Part shown: piece after piece, positions 52,663 through 64,000 of the stretch
Layout of the letters: each line of letters opens with the position of its first letter
Numbering within the stretch: the stretch's first letter is position 1
Assembly (NCBI RefSeq): GCF_964355755.1
Contig: NC_092674.1
Location: 19,716,001 to 19,780,000, forward strand
DNA length: 64,000 nt
Reading direction: 5' to 3'
DNA from: Antedon mediterranea
Taxonomy: Eukaryota; Animalia; Echinodermata
Notes under the pieces: model-generated
Seen by the model: the letters and a program-made list of their open reading frames with translations, nothing else
Databases searched by the model: none
What the model was told of the DNA's origin: nothing
Position numbers and translations under genes: made by a program

Positions 52663-52735
52663 GGTTTCGTAGTGTAGTGGTTATCAAGTCTGCTTAACAC
52701 GAAGAAGGTCCCCGGTTCGAGCTCTGGCGAAACCT
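52663..52735 (+). pseudogene. tRNA-Val(AAC)-like pseudogene, second copy
   Basis: Perfect acceptor stem ggtttcg/cgaaacc and AAC anticodon, but mismatches in D, anticodon and T stems; same 3' flank as the first copy. Confidence 0.75.
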
Positions 52736-53420
52736 ATTTTTCTTAAACTTATGGTGAAATATACTGTATACGTAATATACCGGAAGAGTATATCTCGTTT
52801 TATTACTCGGGGTACCTGAGTCTAGGACTCTCTCATCTTTCCTCTTCTTCTTCCATCCGGACACTAATTGAGTAAAAAGTGCGACTTGTAAAGTGCTACT
52901 CCTCCCTTATTTTTTGTGGTATTGAGCTGGGATTTGGCATGAATATACTACAGGGGCATGTCCTCAAATCTATAGATTTTTTTATTTCAAACCGGATGCA
53001 GCCATATCACGTCTCGAAGATGGTATTTGGTAGCGAGGTTATTAATGTGTATGTGTGACGTTTCATCAGGTCTTATGACGTCATTACAGCTTTTTTTGAT
53101 GTACCCCGAGTATCGCACATTCGTGCTTGTTAAAAGATATATTGATTGAATGATTTTGTAAGAATCTTTAATTATTTATAACATAGTATTTTCATCAAGA
53201 TGAAGAAAAAGAGAGATATTTTTGTGAGGTGAAATAGGTAATTAATACAAGCATCCCAATCTATAGCTCTCCCAAATTTCGTTATAGATCTCCCAAATTT
53301 CATTATACTGTAGATCTATAATGAAAATGTATCTATCCACCCCTTGTTTAAGGTCACACAGAGCAAAATAAGTTTTTATTTTTAATTATGTAATTTCTTC
53401 TATGCAGAAAACTTTGAAGC

Positions 53421-56400
53421 ATGTCGTTGTCATTCCAAGAAGAAATGCAAAATGCATTTGAAAAGTACTACAACCACTCCAACTATCCAACAACAGTGGC
53501 AAATGAACTTGAAGTTTTACAAAAGAAATTTGGAAAAGAAGAATTTCATGAGAAGTTTGTGAAACCCACTCAGAAGTTGCTACACACACTTCAGGTCTTT
53601 AGCAACAAAGTGAACTCTTGTTACATGAGAATTTTAACCAACAAAAATATTTTCTATCACAATTCAAAGATAAGCAAATTACCTATTATGGTATTAAAGT
53701 TTTATTGTGAAGTTTATAATACAGTAATGGCAAAAATACATTTTGGACATACACTATTCAATATAGATTAGATAAAAAAAATTTTGAATTTGCAATTTTA
53801 ATGTCATTTAATAATTATTCTGATAAAACCATTATTTTAAGAAACAAAATGGAAGCCCATTGTTGGAAAGTCAACAGGTTTATGGTTCATCAATGTTTAA
53901 AGCAAAATCACTATTGTTAATTTTTTCCAATTACCCTAAATAACTAAATTTAAAATACAAATAACCTATTTAAAATGTTTTCATCTTATGGATGACAATA
54001 CATCTTTATTATTTAAAATCCTTCAAGTCCTCTTCTGTTGTTCCTTAATTTCATTTATTCATTGATGGTCATTTCATCATTTTACTACTATTATACTACA
54101 CTTTTAAAAAATCAATTTTTCCACTATTCAATTTCTTTAAATATTTTGTTTTGCAGGACAAGCAAATGCCTTTATACAAAAAAGATGGCCAGACACTAAA
54201 GATTATAGTTCACATTGCATTGAAGGAGAAACAGAAAGTTGAAACAGGAGAGTTCTTATTTTGTGTAAGTTTATCATTTAATTATGTTTAAAAGTTATTT
54301 CTATAAAAAAAAATCCTGGTAAAATAATTTCAATAATATTCCTGCCACACAAATCTTCAAAATGATTATATGCATGTGATTTGGTTTAGTATTAAAAACC
54401 CAGCTAGGCACCATAACATTACCCAAATAACTAGACCTTTGTACCTTCCAACATGCTGTTGTGTGTGACCAATAATGTGCTTTTAACATTAAATCATCAA
54501 AAGCAAAAGCTTTTTGTTTTTATTAAGGTTTTGTGGCAAAATTTGTGAATGTGAATAACTTTAAAAACCAATTAATATTATTATATTATTATTTTCTTAA
54601 ACATTGCACCCTTGTTAGGTTATATGCATTATCATGCATATAACCTCTTGATTCTGTCAAAATCTTTATTTATTTATTAGTTATCCGCATTCAGCGGATA
54701 ACTCCTTGTAACTGTCCTGTTACTTTTTAGTTATCCGCTTAGTAGCGGATAACTCCTTGTAATCGTCCTGTTTCATCATATTTTTTTTTCTTTTCTGTAT
54801 TATACTTCTTTCCTTCTGTCATTTTTGTGCGTCGCGTTTCTCTAAAACGTGTAAACAGAACATATCGTAACTTTGTCAACATATCGACATTTACGTGAAC
54901 TTGTGCACCTCCTATTTTTGAATGACGTCAGAGTTGCGCAACGTGACTTACGCGCGATTTTATGAATTTCAATGATTGATCATAGACTAAAAACCAAACA
55001 TAATTTTGTTTTGACACTTTGTGAAAATTTAAATCATATCAAGCGCAAACTTTCTATGGATTAAAAATAGCATGTTTCACAAAAAGTTACGCGCGCACGC
55101 GCGTTTAAAATTTTAGAATGCGAAAAATCAACTTCTAATCAACTTTCTATGCGTTTCATGTCATTTTGAGCATGTCAAAAATTCCCAAGCGCGCGAACAT
55201 TTTTACGCACGCGGTGCATACGTAGGGTTAAAAACATATTTTTTTCGCGTGATTTATGTTTTTTTCAGCCTTTTCTAGTAATTTTACCAAATTTTAAACA
55301 ATTTCGACTTAAAATTACGTCATACGAGCACGTCGAATTAGATAATTTGCACGCGTTTTTGGTGAAAAAGTTCAAAAATTCGTCAAAATTATGCCTATTT
55401 TTAAACAGTCATAGATTCTAAACTACATGGAGAACTTTTTTTTAATTTCATATTCTGGAAGTTGATGAGTTGTAGATATCGGATCATGTATTAATATGGC
55501 TAACCGGACATTGTGACGTCATCGTATGGCCACGCGAATATAAAATATAGGATTTTTGTCTCTTTCGTCATAGCTCATCACATTTAATAGAGCGCATCTC
55601 CACTTATTCGTTGTCCATTTTCACTCCGATTTTAATATATTCTAGATCAATCAACTATCTTTTGCATGAATTAAAAATTTTTTAATTTTTTGAACGTCAT
55701 CATGCCTAAAAATTTAAATTACGTTGGTCATTAATTTCATCTTTACAGTAAATTTTAATCTGTTATACCTCGTAAGAATAAAATGTGATAATCACAATTA
55801 AAACGTTTTCAGGAAGCTATTGTATTGTAGATACAAAATCATGTGTAAATTGTGCCAATCGAATGTTGTGACGTCATCATATGGCCAGTTAAATAAAAAA
55901 AGTCGTATTTTCATCTTTTGCACTATATTTCATTACATTTAAAAGAGCGCGCATCAATATTTCACGTATTCAAATTTCTTCTACACGTTAATACGTTGTT
56001 GCTGAGATAATTTCATTCAGAAATTTCTACTTTTACATTTCATTTTGAAACCATCAAGATGTTAAAAATTACAATAAAATACGGGTCCCGTAATTTCACC
56101 TATTTTACACTGTTTGTGATATGTATACAGATTGTACTGTGTATACTATATGACACAAAATAACAGAATTCAGAAATATCAACATATCATATTCTTCAGT
56201 TCAGGTCATAATGCCTTAATATTTTTCTGTGTGCAATATTCTAACGTATGACGTGCACGTGGCGTTTGTCGAGCGGATAACTAACTCGTCAAAGTGACGA
56301 GTTTCATGTCTAGTTTTTTTTTTCTTTCTTTCTCCTCTATTTTTGTGTCTCGCGTATCTCAAAAACGTGTAAACATAACATGTTATAACTTTGTCAGCAT

Positions 56401-59400
56401 GAGATCATTCAGGTGAAGTTGTGCACCTCCTATTTTTGAATGACGTCAGAGTTGCGCAACATGACTTACGCGCGTTTTTACAAATTTCGCCTATTTAACA
56501 TAGATTGAAAACCATATAGCAATTTAAATTGAAACTTAACAAAAGTTTAATTGATTTCTTGCGCTAACTGAATGTGAAAAAAAATTGGCATGTTTCACAC
56601 GAAGTTACGCGCGCACGCGCATTTAAAATTTCAAAATGCGAAAAATCAATTTCTAATCAACTTTCTACGCGTTTCATGTCATTTAGAGCATGTAAAAAAT
56701 TCCCACGTGCGGGCATTTTTTTACGCGCGCGGTGCGCACGTAGCGTTGAACACAATTTTTTTTGCGTGATTTATGTTTTTCCAGCCTTTTCTAGTAATTT
56801 TACCAACTTTTGAACAATTTCGACTTAAAATTACGTCACACGGGCACGTTGAATTGGATAATTTACGTGCATTTTAGATGAAAAAGTTCAAAAAATCGTC
56901 AAAATTATGCCCTCTTTTAAACAGTCGTAGTTCCTAAACTAAACGGTGAAAGTTATTTTTATTGCATATTCTGAAAGTTGATGAGTTGTAGCTTTTGGAT
57001 CATGCATTAATATGGCTAACCGAACATTGTGACGTCACCGTATGGCCATGCGAATATAAAATATAGGATTTTTGTATCTTTCATCATAGTGCATGACATT
57101 TAATAGAGCGCATCTCCAATTATCTGTTTTCCATCTTTACCCCGATTTTTATATTATCTAGGTCAATCAACTATCTTTCGTATGAGTTAAAAATATTTTA
57201 AGTTTTATGACGTCATCATGTCTAAAAATGTAAATAACGTGGGTCACTTATTTTCGTCTTTACAGTAAATTTCAATCTGTTATAGCTCGTCAGAATAAAA
57301 CGTGATAATCATGATTAAAACGTTTTCTGGAAGCAATTGGATTGTAGATACGAATTTATGTAAACATTTTGCCAATCGGATGTTGTGACGTCATCATATG
57401 GCCAGTTGAATAAAAAAAGTCGTATTTTCATATTTTGCGTAATAGTTCATCACATTTAAAAGGGCGCGTATCTATATTTTACGTATTCAAATTTCTTCTA
57501 CACGTTAATATGTTTTTGCCGAGATAATTTTCTTCCGAAATTGCTATCTTAGTGTTTCATTTTGATACCGTCGCCATGTTAAAAATTGGAATAAATGGCG
57601 GGTCCAGTTATTTCACCTATTCTACACTGTATGTAATATGTATACAGATTATATTGTATATACTATATGACACAAAATAACAGAATTCAGCAATAACAAC
57701 ATATCATATTCTTCAGTTCAGGTCATATTGCCATAATCTTTTTCCGTGTGCAATATTCTAACGTATGACGTGCACGTGGCCTTTATCGTGCGGATAACTA
57801 ACTCGTCAAAGTGACGAGTTACATGTCTAGTTTATTTATTCTTTCCTTAGCACCATTTTGTCCGTGAATTATCTTGATATCAGTTTCATCTATCTAAGTC
57901 AATTTTTCAGAGTATATTCCTTATGGCCAAGAATCGATGTGGTTATGTTTTCAGGGTGCGCAATCAAACATTACGCGATCTACGCGCAATTTAACGAAAT
58001 CACGTTTGTAATCGTATCTTCACAAGCATGAATCACTTTTGAACAAAATTTGGTACTCATAAATTTCAGGTCATATTTCATCATATGGCAATACAATTAC
58101 GTGCGTAGCGCATATAACGCATGCGTACGCGCGCTTAAAATGTTGAAAATTGTCAGAATTTATTTTTGATGAAATTAGAGTACGTTTCAAGCAATTTTAA
58201 GCGTTTAAAAAATTGCCATGAGTGCGCAGATTATTGCACGCGCACTGTTTTTGTCAGATTACTGTTGTATAACCTTTCTTTAATAATATCATCATATTTT
58301 ATTCACTTTTCAACGCGAAACAGCGTTATACGAGCACGTCAAAAGTGACAGGCTACGCACGTGTAAGTTAACAAAATGGTGAAAATATGCTAAATTTTAA
58401 AATTAATATATATCGTTAGAATGCTCGGGAACACCTATTTTTTATTTAATTTTCTTGAAGTGTATGTATCATATGTATGATTTATTATGAAATTAGAAGA
58501 ACAAAAGTTGATTAAGTCATCATTAATGGCATATTAAATTTAACCAAATTAATTTCGACAATCAAACAAATTATAACATTTTCTTAGGCCAAAATAACAA
58601 ACTTAACATTAACTTTCTTCCTTAAGAAGTTCATATATTAAAGTTAAAAGTATATAGTTTGACAGTGCATCATTTTTTTAAATTTTTAAAGATGTCATCA
58701 TAGTAAAACATTATAATTCATTGCGTTATGTAATAATCTATCTGCACCAAAGTGGTTACTGCATAGTAAATACACGGAGGAATCTTTCCATAACTTTTAG
58801 TCAGTTGTGTATGGCTCGGTGGTCTTTGCTCGTGTCTATAGCATTCAAGTACCGAGTTCGAGTCTCACCTTGGGAAACCAAACGAAATAAGATTTTTTTT
58901 ATTATCCGTATTGGTTGTTCAATTGTATTTCTTAGTGTATAGATTATACACATGATTTATAATGAAATCTAAATAAAAACACAAATGTGGTTTATGACAT
59001 TATATACGCAGAAAGATCTTTGATCGGATTATGATACCGGCTATTGTATTTGCGTTAGCCAGATCCTATCATATTCCTATAATTAACTAACGATTCTGAG
59101 AAAATCAATCAATCAATATATCTTAAATCAATCAATTATCTTTATTTAAATCAATGCATATAACCTATAATTCGTCATAGTGACGAATTAAATCTAGTTG
59201 TTATTTCTTTTCATCATTAAAAGCCAATCAATAACAAAGCCCAAAATAAGATAAAGGACTAAAGACAAATATTATCTGTGTTATAGTTTAACTAGCAGGT
59301 TCTTTTGTTCATTGCAGGTTGGTCAAACCAAACCAGGAACCTTAACTCTTCGGTTCTGTAAATACATTACACAGCTGGACAGTGGAGTGACTCTTGCTGA

Positions 59401-61009
59401 ACCAAAATATGACACTATAAAAATGACAGTTGAAGAGGGTTCATATAACAAGTGTTTGACTCTTGATTACTTAGACCAACTGCGCAGTTCAGGAAAATTG
59501 ACAGGAACCGAAAGAACATCTGTAATGTTACGTTTGTGTTGGGTGAAAGTACTTACTGACCAGCCACCAGAAGGATTCTTGAAGGTATATGATGCTGAGG
59601 ATTTGTTTGAACAGACCATTCAAAAGGTATGTTATTATTTAGGATCAGACGACTGTCCCTTCAAGACACAGTTTTAATAGGTTTCAGTCAAATGTAAAAA
59701 ATGGTAAATCTACATTTATAAATACTTATAACTTTGATGCTGAGATTTTGTTTATAGGCCTATGACAGAATAATAGACCCTTTTTTTCTGTTTTTGTTTC
59801 ATCCAGAATCCAACACGTTTGCCACACCAAGTGTCTGACGAAGCCAGCTTTAGAAGCCATCATCCCATGGAAATGACCAGACAACGAGCCTATGAGGAAG
59901 ACTCGCAAAAGTATGATTCTGGGTCAAGTAAACCTCAACAGCAATCGAAAAATGATCCTACTGAAATGGAATCTTCTTCAGGTAATTTAGATCTTCCATG
60001 TGAACCAGAATCTTCAGATGTACCAGTAGTAGCATCTAAGCTTCCTTTTAATGAATGGCAGTCTCAATCTGATGCACCTGGGTACTTAACAGACACAGAT
60101 ATTACAGCTCCAGCTAAAGATGTCAATAATGAGTATGTTGATGAAGTGAATGGTGTTGGACCAAAAGCTGGGATATCTGCAGCTAACAAAGTAAGTAATG
60201 CCAGGATGTCCAGGAATTCTGTTTTCTAAATGCTATTGTGTTAAAATCCTGTTTTAGAGAACAACTTTCTGTTTTGTTTTATATAGAATACACATCTGCC
60301 ACACCAAGTTTCTAGTGAAGAACAAGTTAATGATGAAGGCCAGAAATCTGATCCAAACAAACCTCAACGGGAATGGCGAGATGGTCCTACTGGAATGGGA
60401 GGGGAATATGTTCCTGTAGAATCAAATTCTTCCTCAGATAATATAAATCGACAAGAACCAAAACCATTTTCAGGTGTAAAACTACCTTGTAATGAAATGC
60501 AGTCTGAAGATGGGATTAGTTCTCTGAAGTCAAATCTATCTGGAGGTCTAACTAACATACAATATACAAGAAATGTTAGTAGTGGCCCAGCAGCACTGTT
60601 GCAAACAAATGGAGGTCAGACAAAAAGTAAAATAGCCTCAACCACCTCTACAGTATCCTCAGCCAGAGAAGTTGATAATAGTTATGTTACAGAAGTTCAG
60701 GGTGTTGGACCAAGTGGGACATCGGGAATCCATTCTAATGTGGAGAGACAGAAAACTCAAGCCAAAGAAGTTGATAATAGTTATGTTACAGAAGTTCAGA
60801 GTGTTGGACCAAGTGGGAGATCAGGAATCCATTCTAATGTGGAGAGACACAAAATGGAAGCCAAAGAAGTTGATAATACTTATGTTGGAGAATCCAATGC
60901 AATTGGACCAAGTGGGACATCAAGAATCCATTCTAATGTGGAGACACAGAAAAAAACTCAAGCCAAAGAAGTTGATAATAGTTATGTTGGAGAATCCAAG
61001 GCAGTTTGA
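53421..61009 (+). CDS. Uncharacterised protein: N-terminal globular region (possibly degenerate GIY-YIG-like) plus disordered tail with repeated VDNSYVxEVxGVGP motifs. Exons 53421-53594 (or 53609), 54157-54264, 59318-59626, 59807-60190, 60287-61009
   Basis: All junctions are phase-0 AG/GT and give a continuous ORF. The ATG exon starts at an acceptor (53408), implying upstream non-coding exon(s), possibly near 47000-47222. Confidence 0.75.
54615..59198 (+). mobile_element. Nested Helentron-type elements: family B (54615-54675 + 57831-59198) interrupted by two tandem family A copies (54677-56313, 56320-57831)
   Basis: A copies end gcggataactaactcgtcaaagtgacgagtt...tCTAGttt; B ends aattcgtcatagtgacgaattaaatCTAGtt; the insertion point lies in a (TTTA)n tract. 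Confidence 0.8.
60662..61006 (+). repeat. Coding ~99-102-bp tandem repeat (3.5 copies)
   Basis: gccaaagaagttgataatagttatgtt...ggaccaagtggga...ggaatccattctaatgtggaga repeated in frame. Confidence 0.93.
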
Positions 61010-61621
61010 CCAAGATGAGATTGATATTGTTTTAACATGTTTAAAGTATTTATTTACATCTTTGCTATAATCTTACAATATTGAATTAAAATATTATGGG
61101 TTGTAATTTATTTTTAAAAAGCAATAGGATTTCATAGTAAATGTACTTATGTAGTAATTAGGTTGAATTTAGACAATATGAAATGCATCAAACTATTGTT
61201 GCTTATCTTAAAAACTTGAATTATGTGTGTAAATATATCTGTATATAATAATAATAATGATAACTGTTAATTTAGGATACATCTACATTATTTAATATAA
61301 CAATTGCCAAACACTTAAATGCAACAACTTTTTAAACACATATTGCCATTTTTGCATATTTTTTTACAATATTTACTTTTTTGACATTTTAGGCTTTTTA
61401 TAGAAAATATCATTACATTTGTATTTCTGTTCCATTTTAACTAAAGTTAATATGAAGAAACATACAACAAGTTAGACATACTGAAAGAAACAGGGAAAAG
61501 AAGAAATGGAAAAATCTCATTAGGGAAATAAAGGGAAAGCTGAAGTGGAAACATTGTGGGAAACTGAAGTGGAAAAGACTTCTAAAATTAAATAGAATTA
61601 TTACTTGATAAATATTGATGT

Positions 61622-62482
61622 CTGAAAGTCTACTCCTCTATCCATGGTATGCATTCATCTACTTCCCTGTTCAATTTTCCTAACATCCATTCCACAACCT
61701 TTTCTTAAAAACTAATGAATAGTGGGTAGGAAAAATTAATACAGTATTTGTTTTTATTATATTAGGAATTGCGACTATGTTGTCTTCCATTAAAACTGTT
61801 TCTACTGTATATATATATATATATAATACCCGTGTCTGTCTTACTACTAACTGGTTAATTTTTTGTTTACCAATTCAGTATTTCTCACTTCTTCCTCTGT
61901 GTTTATGGGTTTGTTTCTGAATGAATATTCAAATTATTTTTTTAGCAACTGTACATAAACAAATCCCATTATTAACAATGTAATCAGCATAATATAAACT
62001 AGCATGTACAATTTGTTTAAATATTAGTATTAAATAAATAATTTAAGTTAATTTTTAAATACTGTAGTACTGTATTCGTATGTCATGGTTGAAAGTCTAA
62101 TCCTCTATCCATAGTATGCATTCATTTACTTCCCTGTTCAATTTTCTCAACATCCATTTCACAAGATTTCCTTTAAAATGTGTAGCAAAATTAATACAGT
62201 ATTTGTGTTTTTTATTATGCGACTATTTTGTCTTTCGTTGAAACTTGTTTTACTTACTCACTGGTTAATGTCTTTGTTTTTACCAATTCAGTATTTCTCA
62301 CTTCTTCCTCTTATTGTTTATGGTTTTGTTTCTGAATAGATATTCAAACTATGTTTTATTGCACATAAACAACTGCCATTATTAACTTTCAACCATGTAA
62401 TCATCATATATGAGTTGTAAGTTAAATTTGTTAAAATATTAGTATTAAATAAATAATTAAGTTAATTTGTAAATACTGTAGG
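61622..62482. repeat. Direct duplication of ~430-470 bp
   Basis: tgaaagtcta.tcctctatccat...ttaccaattcagtatttctcacttcttcctct...aaatattagtattaaataaataatt occurs at ~61622-62070 and ~62090-62482. Confidence 0.85.
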
Positions 62483-62773
62483 CTTACTTGTTTTTTTTAC
62501 TACAATTATTGATTGTTTCTGTATAAATAACCTGCAGTGTTGACTAAAAACCCAGTGCAAATCAAGAATCTGAATGTATTGCGATATTTGTTGAATGGAG
62601 AGAGTCAGAATATTTGACTATTCTATTTGAATATTCACCCATTCAAGTATTATAATAAATGTTCATATTATAAATAATTATTACATTACATGTTCATTAT
62701 TATTTATTTTGTTGACAATTCTTTTCTTTTTTGCGACATAATTTCAAGCAGGCATTACCCAAAAAATTATCCC

Positions 62774-62880
62774 TTTTCAGTCGCGTGCAACGCGACTCTA
62801 CAGCTCACTATGTCGGTCGGTCGGTTGGTCGGTAAACAAAACTTGAGCACGCGACTGCAGCGATGTATATGGCCTTGTTC
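62774..62880 (+). mobile_element. Minimal (~105 bp) HINE/DINE-like element
   Basis: 5' palindrome agtcgcgtgcaacgcgact, (TCGG)n microsatellite, 3' acgcgact subTIR, T-rich ends. Confidence 0.6.
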
Positions 62881-64000
62881 AATATATTGAAAGTTACAAA
62901 CAGCCAACAAGGTAATCACAACACAATCATTGTCTAATGCTTGCTAACGACTAATTCATCGCTTGTGATTGGTCCAGTCACGTAGCGTTAACGTCCATGC
63001 ACATTATATTATTCGCCTATCTACTTTTGTGACGTGAACAGTTACGCAATTCACCCAATCACAACCGAGGAATGTTCGATAGGTGAATGTATTCGCTACT
63101 AATGGAAAACTTAGATGATTGGCTATTCTTTTTCAAGGATTCGTTTCTTTCTTTAAACTAAACTGGTTTTACTAATCGGATAAAAATATTGGTGATAAAA
63201 TAAGATTATTAAGATAATTAATTGTCCTGTTTATAAGTGGGGTTGCGACAGTAATGAAAATAAAAGTAAAGAAAAGTGATTATCAGTAGGCCGATTTACA
63301 CGAAACTAAATTCTGGAGAGTAGAACATGCGAAAAGGAAATGTCTGAATATCTTCTGTGGATTTAGAATTACGTAGGGTGACCTCACCTCACCAGCTTTG
63401 ATATACGTTTGTTTAATGGTAGCGTATATGACCGAAATTTAAATTATATAAAGTTATACTTTTAAATTAGGCCTACATATTATAATGGTTCAAGTAATAC
63501 GGTAATCTTTAATAATTTGATGACAATTCGATAAAAACATACATACGCAAGCATTTTATACGTATGACATTTATTGGAAACAAACTCAGTTCACCAATAA
63601 CGTAAATAGAATGTACATAACTGGTTTCCTAAATGAACTTCAAGTTTACAAGATGGGCTATTTTGATTTTTTAATTAACATGTTGTTAGTACAGTATTAT
63701 CTGTTTTTTATTTATTCTTGGTGTACCATTCATTGTAATTATAGTTAATTTCATCATTCGCTTTTTCTGAAACGTATATGACAACGTTATCAGCAAAGTT
63801 TACAGGAAGACCCATATTGTTACAGATTTTATATGTCGTTAAAACATCTAAAAGAAACCTGGGCTGTGTAATTTTCTAAAAGAAGGGACAACTAAATATA
63901 ATATGTGAATAACGTGGACATATTTGTTTGTAATGTAAAATCGAATTGATTAGATAAGCAAGGTGCTGTAGAATACGATGTATGTATATCCGTGAAACGA

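Larger units (their letters stand above)
51988..53130 (+). mobile_element. Two copies (51988-52325, 52803-53130) of a ~330-bp element with actcggggtac subterminal inverted repeats (HINE-like family C)
   Basis: ttactcggggtacc(c/t)gagt ... gtaccccgagtatcgcacattc; both copies align over their length. Confidence 0.7.

Noticed and set aside
60672-61070. Alternative-frame 132-aa ORF
   Set aside because: Shadow of the in-frame coding repeat of the + strand gene.

Overview
Intron-rich, AT-rich eukaryotic (animal; probably marine invertebrate, by inference) genomic DNA with four spliced genes. (1) The 3' end of an HFM1/MER3-like helicase gene (+, 347-8320). (2) A complete PINCH/LIMS five-LIM gene (+, 20329-26690). 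(3) An unusual 17-exon minus-strand gene (46641-29490) fusing a SIR2_2-type (ThsA/FAM118-like) Sir2 domain, an unknown linker domain, a protein kinase lacking its catalytic core, and a C-terminal HxHxDH metallo-beta-lactamase hydrolase. (4) A divergently transcribed + strand gene (53421-61009) with a possible degenerate GIY-YIG-like domain and C-terminal VxGVGP repeats. The upstream region of gene 3, between genes 3 and 4, carries an exact NF-kappaB site, so the pair is a candidate undescribed innate-immune module built from domain types known in prokaryotic defence. The rest is satellites (15, 70, 98, ~560 bp units), MITEs, nested Helentron-type non-autonomous elements, a decayed LINE, tRNA-Val pseudogenes and visible transposon excision footprints. 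All exon models were assembled by eye from splice signals and reading-frame phase; no database search was run.
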